A DNA stretch of 64,000 bases, from NCBI GenBank assembly GCA_951406725.2, contig OX597823.1, positions 50,840,001 to 50,904,000 of the forward strand, given 5' to 3'. A program made the position numbers and the translations under genes. The notes beneath the pieces were generated by a model. It was not told where the DNA came from. It saw only the letters and a program-made list of their open reading frames with translations, and made no database searches. The DNA comes from Octopus vulgaris. Its lineage: Eukaryota. Below, piece after piece: positions 37,119-50,818 of the stretch (its first letter is position 1; the number at the start of each line of letters is the position of its first letter).

Positions 37119-38429
37119 AATAACAAAACAACAGCAGCAGCAACAACAACAACAACAACAACAATGATTCTATTAAATTATATATCCTCTTCGAAAGTAT
37201 GCATTGTTCTTTTTATCTATCTTACCATCATACTTACTCGTATTTCTTTTATCTCGCATTCTCCTTCTCTGATTCACTTTTACTCTCTCTCTCTTTCTCT
37301 TTCTCTTTCTCTCTCTCTCTAACGTTTCTATCAACTTTCTAAGTGTCACTAATATAATCCATGTATATTGAGAGAATATCTCTTTCAGTGACAATTTTAG
37401 TATGGAAAGGATTAAAAATGACTTCATATAAAGACAGCTAAAACGATTATCTACGCTTAGCGAACCTAGGTTATCAGTTAATATCGTGTATATTTCTTAA
37501 ATCTCAAAAGAATTCATTCTTAATCTCTAAAACCATATTCTATGGTAGTGAGATTGAGGCTAAACATTGATTTTCCGTGAGATATTTTTGAATTGTTTTA
37601 GCTTAAGTAAAACGAAAAGTGAAGCGAAATAAAGAAAATAGTGAATGATTGAGAATGATAGCAGAGCAGTTTATTAAAGATCCAGCACAGATTTGTCTAA
37701 CAACTTTTCTAACTGCAATGAATCATCAGAAAACTTACAATCTGCAGCAGTTCGTATAAAAGTAAGCTAATATGGCTTCTTCAATTTCTAACGATATAAA
37801 TGACCTTTGTCACTCAACAGACAGTTCAGAGAAACTGGGCTGCTACCAAGACATATAGTTAGCCGATTAACATACGGATTTTCGAGGTTTTCTTAGTCTT
37901 TATGCCAATCACTTTTGTATTTAGACAGATTGAAATCTCATCTTATATACAAATTAATCAATACAGAATGATCAATAAATTGTGATCAAACTTATTAAAT
38001 TAGTCACTGATTAACCACCCATCACAAACTAATGATATACAAAAACGAGGGTTAATATGAAATATTCTCGTCATATTTATCTATCTCTGTAATTGTTTCC
38101 GATTGCCATGGCAGTTAGTTATAGATTCACCAACGAAACAATTTCATTCTGGATGATTAGTAGTTCTGTTTCAAACAAGTCTGCTTTTGCACATTCAGAA
38201 GCATTTATATTCGGTGTTTTACGAAAATATTTTTGATCGAATCAGAAAATTCCGAAGTAATTATTCGGAAACAACCAAAAATATATAATAAAGCGAAGTT
38301 AAATGGAGACCTGTGGACTCTGCAATAAAAAAAAAAACAAACAAAAAAAATCACAACAAATATATTTTTTTTAGTTTCTCAGTGCCAAAGCAGTGTATAC
38401 ATACATACATACATACATACATACATACA

Positions 38430-38461
<32 letters not shown>

Positions 38462-38736
38462 AATTCATGTAGGTATGTATTTTACGTACATGCATATATA
38501 TATATAACAAACAAAGGAAAAGAACAATTTCTTCAAAGGGCTGTAAAACATCCAGTTCATCTGGCGCGGCAGTTGAACACCACATTAATAAGGGTATAAT
38601 GAAAATTACAAACAATAGATCAAATAGAGGGATTCAATTGACAATCTATCTATTTACTACATTATAGTATAATATAATATTCTATAAAATATTACATGCT
38701 ATAAGATAAGATAAAATAACCAATTTGTTATTTTTC

Positions 38737-39097
38737 TGTCCCACTGCGTGGAACCTTGGGTAGTTGATTTCTGCAATAGCCTCGGACCGACCAAAGCCTT
38801 GTGAGTAGATTTGGTACACGGAAACTGAAAGAAACCTGTATGTATGTATGTATGTATGTATGTATGTATGTATGTATGTATGTACAGATCGCCATGTTGA
38901 TTCGCTAACCTCTGCACGCATTTTTTTCTCTCCTTGTTTCTTTCTGTGTTTCTTTTCTGTGTATCTTTCTGTTGAAGAGCGTAGGCTCGAAACGTAAAAG
39001 ACTTGTTTTACTTATATTCCTGAGCGCCATACTAATACTATTGTTTGTTTGTATTCCACCTGCCTTCGTCTTTTGTTTATTTTCATAAAGCTTCCCG

Positions 39098-39147
<50 letters not shown>

Positions 39148-39346
39148 GTAAGTGTGTGTATTTGTCTCCCCACTATCGCTTGACAACCAATGTTGGTTTG
39201 TTTACGTCCGTTTAATCTAGCGGTTTGGCAAAAGAAACTGATAGAATAAGTACTAGGCTTACAAGGAATAAGTCCTGGAATCGATTTGTTCGAGTAAAGG
39301 CATGGCCGCAGTTAAATGATCTGAAACAAGTAAAAGAATAAAAGAA
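38737..39346 (+). mobile_element. SINE family A split by an insertion in its internal microsatellite
   Basis: Partial head 38737-38838, (TATG)n, foreign segment 38885-39099, (TA)n, tail ~39160-39346. Confidence 0.75.
38964..39001 (+). ncRNA. Minimal hammerhead-like motif with a variant core
   Basis: TCTTT-CTGTTGA-A-GAGC GTAG GCTC-GAAA-CG-TA-AAAGA: stems I and II pair perfectly; palindromic stem III ACGT. Confidence 0.5.
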
Positions 39347-39354
39347 TATATATA

Positions 39355-40277
39355 TTAGGTTGTTTCACATAAAATGTCGTTTTGGAAAGGTAACAATAAA
39401 ATGCTTCAGAAGTGTTAGAGAACTGAGATATTTAATCAAAGTAAGATCCATATTCATGACGTTTACCCACCGTTTCTCTATGTCATATATTCCATCTTAA
39501 AAAAAAAAAAATCATCTTTTGCTGTGATAATCTATCCGAATGCTTCAATTACCTCTTCTCTATTTAAGAGTGTTTTATTGCTTATGAAAAGCTCAAAATG
39601 CTTAAATAAGTGATGATTAGTAGGAGAGATATCAAGGGAATATGGAAGACGTTGCAAAATCTCATAAGTCAGGCTTTGCAACTTTGGTACCGTAGCTTGA
39701 GGAGTGTGAGGACGTGCCTTGTCTTGGAGCAAAATTAGGCCACCTCTATTTACAGTTTGGGTTGCTTCTTTTTGAAATTCTCATGTATACAATCAATTTC
39801 CTAGCAATATGGTGTTACTGTTACCGTTTGTCCTTGTTGCCAAAATGAATAATGAATAACTCCTTTCGCAGCCCACCATACAGTGATCACTAACTTTTTA
39901 GGGTACAATTGTGGGTTTGGGTAGTGTTTAGGTGACTCTCCTGCATCTAATCACTGTCCTGTTCTCCTGCTGTTGTCAAAGAGTATCTATTTCTCATAAC
40001 AAGTACTGATTTGATGCACAAATAGTATTTTTTCAGTCGAGAATTCAGTCAAGACGCCTGAGTTTTTGAATCTCATTCAGTTGATGTGGAACAAACCTCT
40101 CCGTTTTCTTGACTTTTCCAATTTTTTACAGGTGTCCAAAAATAATTGTACGAGATGTTTGGAGTTCTGATAAAAGTTTTCGAACCTTGGCTCTCGGATT
40201 TTCTTCAACCAAAGCATTTAAACCATCATGCCGAATAACTGATTTTGGCCTACCCCTTCGTTTATTTTCAAGGCTAA
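39355..40277 (-). mobile_element. Mariner transposon remnant, 5'-truncated
   Basis: TA-flanked end TTAGGTTGTTTCACATAAAATG; LQDKARPH...PYSLDISPTNHHLF catalytic region; LENKRRGRPK..LVEENPR HTH linker. Confidence 0.8.
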
Positions 40278-42215
40278 TTGGGAACTGGAATTTCACAAAC
40301 TCTTCACGTAAAGAGCAAGGACTACTGGACGAGGTCAAAAGATACCGGGTACATGCAGTCGGTGTTTTCTCCACATGTTTCCATGACTCTAGCAACGAAG
40401 ATATTGATGAAGAGTGGAAACTCCATTATTCAGGTGTGGCAGCAAACTCTGTCTGCACAAATGGGAGTAGGAATACTCACACGCCCTCGGCTGCGGAATT
40501 GTGGTATGGAGCGGATCACACTTGGTAGGACGACATTGCCTCCTGAAACTTAGGCTAAAGGGAGGAAGCTGTGGCTGTTGCATGTATATGCATTCAACAG
40601 CGAGACCAAATATAAATCTTTCCTTGAAGTTACTACAGCTTCAGATGTAGGTAAGATCGAATCATTTGCTTCTGATTTCGAAACAAGAAGAACTCTTCCA
40701 CACCTACAATTAAGAACTTGGCTGATGCTTTTCTCTCTACATGGAAAACATGGAGAGGATATGTTGTTGATCTCCTAAATGCAGTCACAATGAAAATATT
40801 CTGGTGGATTTGAGATGCATCTTGAGTGAAAACTAACCTCACAAAGCCTGAAGTCATAGAGGCGATAAGAGCACTCAGATGTGGCAAGGTCACCAGTGGG
40901 ATAAAATTCGGCCTTACATTCTATAAGAAGGTATTCTCAGATTGTGTATACCAAGTGGCTTTGGCCATTGGAAAGATACCAAAACAATTGTAATCCTGAG
41001 TAATAATCCCACATTTTAGAGATGGAGACAAGAGAGTGTGCTTTAACTCTATAGAAGTATCTCCTTGTTGAGCATTCCCGGTAAAATTAGTAGCAGCTCT
41101 CTGTAAAAGAGATGTAGAGAAATTGTCGATTCCAAGCTAGCTGAATAACGGCATGTCTTCTGTCCTAGATGCAGCACAATCGACGGGTAGGTCTTCGAGT
41201 AATAGTGGAAATATTGTTGCCAAGAGGCATATGCAGGCTTTGTACATGTCAAGAAGGCACATGACCATACCATAGAACATGATGTGGAGGGTTTTGCAGG
41301 AGTTTGTGATTAATGGAAAATTACTTGCCGTGAATTCCACCTTACGAATATCCAGATGATAGTGCTTGGTTAAATGGTACTAAGTTGAAACCTTTCAATA
41401 TGCGTGTTGTATTTCGGTAGCAGCGCGTATTGTCATCTTTCCTTTTCAAACTTTTTATGAACTGGCTTGACATGCACAGCCGTTGTAGCAGTGGTATCAC
41501 AACCAGTGAGTGTAGAATCGGTTGGCTGTTAACTGTAGACGACATGGTTGGCTCATCAGAAGGCGTTCTCCTGCACGTACTGAATAAATTCACTGTCAAA
41601 GGCTGCAAGGAAGGAATGAAAATTAGTGTTGCAAAGACTGAGACCTTGGTCTTCTCAAAACGTCTTCCCAAGTCATTTTGCCTGTTTGTGGAACATCACT
41701 AACATAAATGGAGAAATTTAAGTAAGATACTAGAATTGATAGAGGTGCTGGTGCAGTAGTGTGGCAACGTTAGCATGCTATCCTTAGAAGAGAGGAGGTT
41801 TGTAGAGATCGAAATTCGCCATCTTCAATTTTTTTGCCTCTACTTACCTATGGTCATGAATATTAGGGAATGATTGAAGTAGTACGATGGCAAATACAAA
41901 CGGCAGAAATGGGATTCCTCCAAAGGATTTCTGGGCTAACGTTACTCGACAGGGTGTGTAGCTTGGAGATCAAGGAGTCTCTCCAAATCGAGCAGGTACT
42001 TCTCTGGATTAACAGGTCACACGTACAGTACTAGAAACATGAAATTAGTATGTCGTAGAAAAGAATAGCGATACGGATTCTTCAAGCCAAGGTAAACAGT
42101 AGAAAACCATGGGATAAGTCAAGAAAAAGGTGGTTAGATAATATCTATAATTTCAGTTGGTCACGGGGAAAGCATCTCGACTGAGAAAGCATCTGAACGG
42201 GTTTACGTTGAACGA
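40278..42215 (+). mobile_element. Degraded RTE-clade LINE ORF
   Basis: EN start GNWNFT..KEQGLLDEVKRYRVHAVGV; YRSISLLSIPGK; LLTVDDMV; QTAEMGFLQRISGLTLLDRV; RKRWLDNI. Many stops and deletions. Confidence 0.8.
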
Positions 42216-42422
42216 AAAAACACCAACCACCAAACTTTCCTTTTCGCGGTTCTTTCTTTTTCCATGTTGTTTTCTTTTTCCATATTTTCTTTATCTCTTT
42301 TTTTTTTCCAGTTTTATCTCAGAAAGCAGCCGTGATTATTTTGAACCTCAAAGATTACAGAATTGCATACTGCACGCAATACAATCTTGTTTGATTGTTG
42401 TATTGCCGGAGCTCGAAGCATA

Positions 42423-42467
<45 letters not shown>

Positions 42468-42700
42468 AATAAATGAGTAACGAAGATGTACAGGTGTCAA
42501 TTCATTATACGTGTGTGTGTACGTGTATATACAAGCATATATAAATTCATATATGCATATAAAGATATGTATATATATATGTATACATATATAAATACCT
42601 ATATATAAATATATATATTGTAATATACTCCATATATATGCATATATATATATATGCACACACACACACACACATATATACATACATACATACATACATG

Positions 42701-42750
<50 letters not shown>

Positions 42751-42754
<4 letters not shown>

Positions 42755-43039
42755 TACATGGGTACAGGGCGTCACCAAGTGTAAAGAACATGAAGTACGA
42801 AAACAACGAGAGAAAAAGATTGAAAACAGGATATATAACACAAAGAACGACCCTTTACCAGTTGTCGTTTGTTTGTCTGCTCCTAATTTCGAGCAAGATA
42901 GCCGACAACTGATGAAGTTTCGTTCTTTGTGTTACTTGTCCTGTTTTCAAATTTTCTTTTCTCACGATGTTTGCGTGTTTAACTCGCTTGTTTTTGTGTT
43001 ATATGTTGCTTACAGTTGGTGACGTCCTGTACCCATATA

Positions 43040-43043
<4 letters not shown>
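42751..43043. mobile_element. Fold-back (palindromic) MITE-like element in (TA)n
   Basis: Ends TGCATACATGGGTACAGGGCGTCACCAA / TTGGTGACGTCCTGTACCCATATATGCA; internal arms also complementary (TAACACAAAGAACGA / TCGTTCTTTGTGTTA, CAGTTGTCG / CGACAACTG). Confidence 0.85.
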
Positions 43044-43094
<51 letters not shown>

Positions 43095-43142
43095 TGAAGG
43101 TGGACAAATTTTATACTACTACGTTCTTAAAATATAACCTAA

Positions 43143-43173
<31 letters not shown>

Positions 43174-43182
43174 TCTCACACA

Positions 43183-43217
<35 letters not shown>

Positions 43218-43276
43218 AAGACACGCACACATACATATATATATATACGTATATGTATATACATATATATGTATAT

Positions 43277-43584
43277 GTTGAAGGCGCATGGCTCAGTGGT
43301 TAGAGCGTCGAGCTTACGATCGTGAGGTTGTGAGCTCGAATCCCGGTCCGGGCTGCGTGTTGTGTTCTTGAGCAAAGCACTTTATTTCACGTTGCTCCAG
43401 TCACTCAGCTGTAGAAATGAGTTGCGACATCACTGGTGCCAAGCTGTATCGACCTTTGTCTTTCCCTTGGATAACACTGGTGGCGTGGAGAGGGAAGGCT
43501 GGTATGCATGGGCGACTGCTGGTCTTCCATAAACAACCTTGCCCGGACTTGTGTCTAGGAGGGTAACTTTCTAGGTGCAATCCC
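43277..43584 (+). mobile_element. SINE family C with tail Z
   Basis: Head TGGCTCAGTGGTTAG...GCTCGAATCCC and body TTGTGTTCTTGAGCAAAGCACTTTATTTCACGTTGCTCCAG; 3' part distinct from tails X and Y. Confidence 0.8.
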
Positions 43585-43670
43585 ATATATATGTATATGT
43601 AAACTGTATTTATGTATGAATATATATATATGTATATATGTATGTATATGTAAATTGTGTTTATATATGA

Positions 43671-43703
<33 letters not shown>

Positions 43704-43783
43704 TATGTATATAAATATATATACATATATATATACTAATATATATATATACATATATATATACACACTCAGATATATATATT

Positions 43784-43856
<73 letters not shown>

Positions 43857-43859
43857 GGC

Positions 43860-44310
43860 TGATGGACTTTTCATACACTATAAACTGTGCCAGTGTTGCT
43901 GGAATAACTACAGATATAATATAAACACACAACACAGCAGACGGTTTCAAAGTATGATAAAGCGATCATACTCTCAGACATGCCGATTCACGCAGACAGG
44001 CAGATTAAGGTAAATCGTCCAGATAATACTGTCAAAGAACATCATGAAGAGAAATGTCTCGTTATCGATATATAAATTCCAGCGGATGACAATTTATCTC
44101 CAAAAGAAATAGCGAAACTCTCTAAATATATTGACCTGGAAATAGTGACGTTCAGAATCATGGTATTTAAAATAGAAATGCTTTATGTAATAAATAAATA
44201 AGAGGTAATCTGTGAATTATGAAATAGTATGAAAAGGAAAAAATATAAGCATGACGCGATAGATCTACAGCAAATACTACTACTATGAAAAATACACATG
44301 GTATGCACGG
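43860..44310 (+). mobile_element. R4/Dong-like LINE 3' fragment (restriction-like endonuclease domain)
   Basis: Frame from 43962: [60 protein letters not shown] (RPD...ID...K..KY signature). Confidence 0.75.
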
Positions 44311-44388
44311 CACAATGGTAATAATATTGTTTTAATCCTTTAGTCACTGGACTAAAAGAATAGTCTAGTGACAAGGGCAATAACATTG

Positions 44389-44440
<52 letters not shown>

Positions 44441-44471
44441 TTCAAAACGATAGAAGTAGTTGTAGTAGCAG

Positions 44472-44536
<65 letters not shown>

Positions 44537-44608
44537 GGAACAGAACAGCAAACTGCTCATATCATATCATATCATATATATATATATATATTTATGTGTG
44601 AATGTATA

Positions 44609-44682
<74 letters not shown>

Positions 44683-44849
44683 GAAATATATATATATATA
44701 TATATATGAAATAGAGCACGCTACTGTAAGTAAAGAAATGAAACGACTACTACTACTACTACTACTATTACAGCTTTCGCTGTATTAGCTCAAGAGACAA
44801 AAACAAGACCGATGAGAGAGGTTACCCTCGACTGACCAATGTGATGCTA

Positions 44850-45500
44850 AAAGTTTACTCAAGTAACTATTCACTATGACCCTCGTGCATTAGCTGTTGT
44901 AAAATGAAGCGATCTAATCTCTCAAAACAAAACCGAAACCGAATCCACTGGAGATCAATTCCAGGTGACGATGTCTGGCCGTCTCAAAATCATTCTATAG
45001 ATCGAACTGGAACAGTGCCACACGAAAGTAAAATATATTACCATCCTTCTTCAAAATTTATCGCTGGTGGTATAGATTGCTGGTGGATCTTCCAAAAAGC
45101 GCATAGGCCTCCACTTTCCAGACCATGCCACCGATGGTAAGTTCCAGGCCGTACGTAAACATTTTGTACAAAATATTGAACTCTGCGAATCACGGGTCAG
45201 AAATTGTTTACACTATCTTCCGAATTCGTGTTGTTTTTTAGTAGCTTAGATTCTTCTAAGTCTGCTGCTACTTGGGATAGACGCTTTCTGAGAAAGGGCG
45301 TAAAAGTATGTTGTGTATGCATAAAGCTCATAAAACTCTTCTTCCACATAAAGTGATTTGTCCATCGCAACTCCATACACTGCCAACTGTATCTTACAAG
45401 CTATTATAAAAAAAAACAAAAACAAACTAACTCCAACTTTATTGCTGAGTGCTGCAATAGGTCGTCGAGATTATCATCACTGTCTCTCGTCTCCGGTCCA
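44850..45500 (-). pseudogene. Possible DIRS-like RT/RNase H remnant
   Basis: Scattered minus-strand motifs in DIRS order across frameshifts: LDDLL, PPAIYTTSD..EGW, RHLELIS, TTA. Confidence 0.3.
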
Positions 45501-48134
45501 CCACTAATTGGAGTTTTATAGAATACTATAGAATACAAATTAGAACAGAAACATAAGTGTTCGAGATCATGTTTGTGTACCGATATTGAAATAATTATCA
45601 AAGTATTCAGCATAAAAATTATTAATTATATTTCCCCCTTCTTAAAACAGAAAACTACATTATAAGATTCTATGAATCGATAAAGAAAATAATTCTAATA
45701 GTTATAGATGACCAAAAGTAGACAAAATTAAAACCACCTGATCCGTTGTAGGAATGGAATGAGAAGAAGCACACATATTTTTATATGTGAGTAACACTAT
45801 TGATAATTAATTGAAATAATTTAAAAAGCAGGAATCAGTTCTGTTGAACTTTGTGTAGTTTCTGACTGTCTGACACTAAACTAATATGTCAATATCTATA
45901 TTACACATATAGCTATAATAATTCATTTTTAGTTTTAAAAACTTATTTATTAAAACAAATAACAGCACCATTAATTTCTCCATAATGGTTAATTTATACA
46001 TACTCCGTTTTGTTAGCCACCTATTATTCTCCCGCAAAAGTGCTTTAATATCGTATGTAATAGCAATCTTATATGTAATATCAATATGTCGGTGTTTAGT
46101 ATTTAAACACTGACTTTTCCCACCTAAATCATTTATTCTTATATAAAAATAGTAATTACTGTACTCTCAGCTCTAGTTGTCTTAAAACTGCGCGCGTACG
46201 CACACAGAAACACACATTCGCACACAGTGACTACATACGATGCTTCTTATTACATTTTACTATACTTTAATGCCTTCGAACAAGCTACAAACTTCTGTAC
46301 TTGTAATCATCTCTCGTTTACATCGATCGCACGTCTGTTTCTAACACATGACCCCCACCTACCAGACCACTTCCTTTCTGCTATCCCCAAGCGAGTGCTT
46401 CAGTTAAAAACGAAAACATTTCATTTAAAGAGGATCTGTTAGTATTCCTCGGTTACTTTCCTTTATCTGTTAACAGACAATTAAACCATTGAACTCACAA
46501 GAAGTTCGAGCACGAAACTAACAGCCTAATACCGGAAACAAGCTATGTCCAAATAAATTTCACTCTAATCGAATTATAAATTTTCTATTATACTTGTAAT
46601 TCTTCGGTCTGTGAAATATTTTGTTGAATCTGTATATAGTTGCCGGTTGGTTTTGAAACGGGCTATCGGTTTGAATCTGCAGGAACCATAAATCAGATGA
46701 CAACGCTAAATTCAAAGGTATCGTACATGGAAAGAAGAGTGATGGAAGAATAACTCTGGCACATCCATATGTATTGAGCACATTTCTTAAGTCAGTGAAT
46801 TCACTGTCATAAGATTACATAGCATGAAGTTTTACGGCGTGTTTGTTGACAAGAAACACACGATTCATTTGCTGAATTTGCTTCTCAGATAATGTTTCCC
46901 AGTCAGTTCCACTTATCTTATTCCAACAGAGAGAAATTACTGATGAAAATGTAAAAGAGAGATGTGAGAGACAAAAGAGAAAGATACACAGAGAAACAGA
47001 CAGATTAGAGAGTGTGTGGGATGGCGCTTCCTGCGGAATTTTTAATTCTCGACTAGTAGTACTGTGAAGCGTATGCTGGAAACATTTCCGAATCAGTCAA
47101 CCGAGAATAGCTGCTAGCTTCTAACGCTGTTGGTGTAGCCAAGAAAGCTGGGGTGTGGCACTCTGACGCCGCCACAATTCTTTTAAATATGCATTCCTCT
47201 GAAATGATCGTTTGCTAATTTTATAATGATTTAATTCAAGAAGGCAAGGCTTGTAAGTCAGTTTTATGAGCTAATTTCTAGCTTAGTTGAACCACATAAT
47301 ATTCTATCAGTAACTAAATGAGCAATGGTTTAACAAGTACTAATAGATACAAGGCAACAGCAAAATTAAATTACTTTCAATAATTTTCTTGTTGTGATGC
47401 TTGCATCGAGTTTCTTTATCATTTCAACATTTCAAGTTAATTCTTAATGCACATCTTGTGAATAAACCAACACCACATACCGTCCATACATTACTATTTA
47501 GACAATTATAGATGAGCCAATATAAATTAGCAGCAACAAGATGGCTTTAATGAATATATTTCTTTCCCTCCTTCTCCTTTATTATTCTTCACTTTCACTT
47601 TTCTTCATCTTTACCTCTATCTTTTTATCATGTTATATCCCTCTCTATAACGTGCGTTAACTCTCACTATCATCTCTCACTCCCCTCCTTTCTTCTCGCT
47701 GTTCTCTCTCTCTCTTTCTCTTTAAATTGTTTCTACTACAAGGAAACTCTTACGTGATCGCTCGGCTTGCTAGAAACAGCAGCCAAATTTCCTCCCAAAG
47801 TTAAGCATACCATTTTCTAAAAACGACGGGATTGTCATGGCTGGAAAGCTTTCGTTTATAGATCTACTTTATTCGAGATTAACCAAAAAGAACTACTCTG
47901 GATATGAAATTAATAGCAAGAAACATAACAAAAATAAATCTAAACATGAGAATTCCATTGTGGGTGGAAGTTGGCAGAGGCAGTACAATGTCAACGGTTC
48001 GGGTCATATATCTGACATTATATTGAGTCTTTTAGTCCCGGGAAAACGCGGAAATTGGATCTAGATATTAATATGTTCAATAGTGGTATACTTTATTTCA
48101 AACGGTAACGGGACCACAGTGTCATTGCTTATAA

Positions 48135-48315
48135 CTTTTGGCACAAGGCCACCAACTGACTTTGTTGATCGCTTGGTACTTATTTTACTGATCATGAGGG
48201 ATGAACGGTAAAGTCAACCACGGCGGAACTTGAACTCAGAACGGAACGTAAAGAGAGATGAAATGCCACTATGCATTTTGCCCGGCGTGCTAGCGACTCT
48301 GCCAGATCGCTGTCC
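48135..48315 (-). mobile_element. SINE family B, degraded
   Basis: B-box and head homology. Confidence 0.65.
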
Positions 48316-49177
48316 TAGGAACCACTGCGTAATTGACAAATGATTTGTTATTATGTATGTTTGGGTTCGAATCCAACCCCAGGAATATTTGAGAAAAGTC
48401 TAAACTCAAACTGCCTTACATTACACCAACACCATTTTTCCTTATTTTAATTCTACTGGGTTCTCCTGTTTGATTATTCAATCACGGGGCTCGAAATGAC
48501 AAAGCCTGGCGGTAATTTAACAGAGTTGTTAGAGTATGGGATAATATTTTTTTCTTGGTCCCCGCGTTCTGTGTTCAAATCCTGCTTTGCCTTTCATTCT
48601 TTAGGATCGTTAACATAAAATACCATTCAGAGTGGTGTATTGTTAAAATTACTTGAGCATTTATTCCAGTTCTTTGTCTTCTGAGTTCCTGCGTGGTTAA
48701 CTTAATCTATAATCCGGTTTAACACCATGACTAGTCCTTGGATGACTTTAACACACTTCACTCTGTTGTAAGCATTTGGGTTCGATCTTTTGTCTGGCAT
48801 ATAACTTCCTCTCTTTTTCTTATCAATCTATGATGTTCTGAAAACAAATAAAGAATCGTGACCATCCTACTTCCCTACTAAACGGCAAAAAACCCCAGAA
48901 AAATCGAATTGTATTGACGGTCTTTTCTGTCACTATTTCACTATCTTTCGACTATTCGTGGTTGGGGTAATTAACGGTGAGTGCATAGTTCTATGCATTA
49001 CGCAGTACAGTTATTGTGAGATTGATACTATGAGTGTTAAAGGCATTTAAGTTCTCTTCAATGAAGACATTCACTCACAGAGCAGCTGTGACTCTTTATC
49101 ACTCGCATTGTACATCGATTGTGAGAAGCTATTACCTGTTGTATTTATTAGGAAACACATTATTATCGTAACAAATA

Positions 49178-50092
49178 CAGTAATGCCTTGATATACCAGT
49201 TAATTTGTTCCCGAAGACAGCTCGTAAAGCGAAAACTCGTAAAGCAGAACAGTAATTTTTCCATAGTAGCAATGTTTATAAATCGTAATTCGTTCCCAGA
49301 AAGGTATTTTACCTATAAATTTTATAAACCTTGTCAATAAATGTCAATAAAACAACAGGTACTTTTTGGTTATCTCACCCAGCTTAAAAAATTACCATTA
49401 AAAAATTGGGTTATCTCCCTACTAAAAAATGGGTTTATGAGGCGACAAGAGATTGGATTAAAAGAGTTTAGATCCTTTTGATTTAATACTTCAGCACATT
49501 GTTGACTTTTGGCCTCCTCAATAGGCATTGTATGATTTTTTATATAAAAATGTTATTAGATTCAATGTTTAATGTTTTTTAATTTCCCTGTTTATTAATT
49601 TTTTCATTCTGTTTTTGCTTTAATGAGGGTTAAACAATTTTTTTTAGTAGGGGGAGATAACCAAAAGTACTAACCCAATTTATTAATGGGTCGAGATAAC
49701 CAAAAAGTACCAAACAACAATAGAATGTAAAGAGTCTTTTATGTGAAGTAAAAATAATGTCAAGATCATTTATAATTTCAAAAATAATTATTATAATAAT
49801 AATCGTTTTCTGAATTACTTTCACATGCACTAGATCCGCGCGCACCATCACTTGTAGACTCGATCACCGATTCCCAAGCAGTCATTGACTGACTTGTGGA
49901 TTTCTTTTTAAAGAACTAGTCTAGAGTTGTTTGCTTAGAAGCTTTTTGTCGCTCTCTATAAATTTCTCGGTAACACGTAGAAGCATTTGTTATGGTAGTA
50001 GAAACATATGCACTTCGTTCAAAATTTGGATCTTTATATCTATTATAAAATAAAACTCGTAAAGCGGGTCCTCGTAAAATGAGGTATTACTG
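49178..50092. mobile_element. pogo/Tigger-like non-autonomous DNA transposon
   Basis: TA-flanked TIRs CAGTAATGCCTTGATATAC / GTAAAATGAGGTATTACTG; subterminal CTCGTAAA(GC) repeats at both ends. Confidence 0.75.
49358..49711. mobile_element. Merlin-like MITE nested in the Tigger-like element
   Basis: TIRs GGTACTTTTTGGTTATCTC / GAGATAACCAAAAAGTACC; perfect 8-bp TSD AAACAACA (49350-49357, 49712-49719); GGNRM terminus. Confidence 0.8.
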
Positions 50093-50708
50093 TATATACT
50101 TACATTCTCAGATACTGCTAGGCAATCTCTGTGTGGTCATTCACCTTACTATAAATAGTGGGAAAAATCTACAACTCACGTTGCCCAGTATGTCCTATAT
50201 TTTTGAATACAGGACATACTGCGCAACGTAGAATGTGGATGGGATGCTTTAGATCATATGTCTATTCGAAGACATTTGACTTGGCATTAAAAAAATCCTT
50301 AAATTCCAGTGCAAAGATTTTATTACTTGCGGCATCCAACAGTTTATGTATGGAAAATTTTATAGTACCTTTACACTAATTAGAAATTGCACCTGTCACA
50401 AAGGAGTTTATTTATGCAACATTATCTCCAAATACTATCTATTAGCTGCGCCGCATAAGCATTGTGCAACATTTTCTCTGTTTGAAGTTTTCATAATTTA
50501 ATCATAAGATATATGCAGTGAAACAGGTTGTGCATTTCAAACGCAGTTACTGATGCTGCGAAGGGAAGAAATTAGTGGTTTTGAACGGATTAAGCAATGG
50601 ATTAAATCTACCACCAAAACTAATTAAGTTGTTTCGTTTATTTAGCCCAAAGTCTCCCTCCTCTCTGTCCACACCTTATTCTCTGTGTGTATATATATAT
50701 ATATATAC

Positions 50709-50740
<32 letters not shown>

Positions 50741-50818
50741 GAGAAAGAGTGATTAAGATGGGAACAGACAGAGAGTAAATACATATAGACACACAGATAT
50801 AGTACATGTATATGACTT

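Noticed and set aside
46670-46810. Possible small host exon (CTGCAG|GAACC...AAAG|GTATCG)
   Set aside because: Weak splice signals, no recognisable protein similarity and no supporting neighbouring exons.
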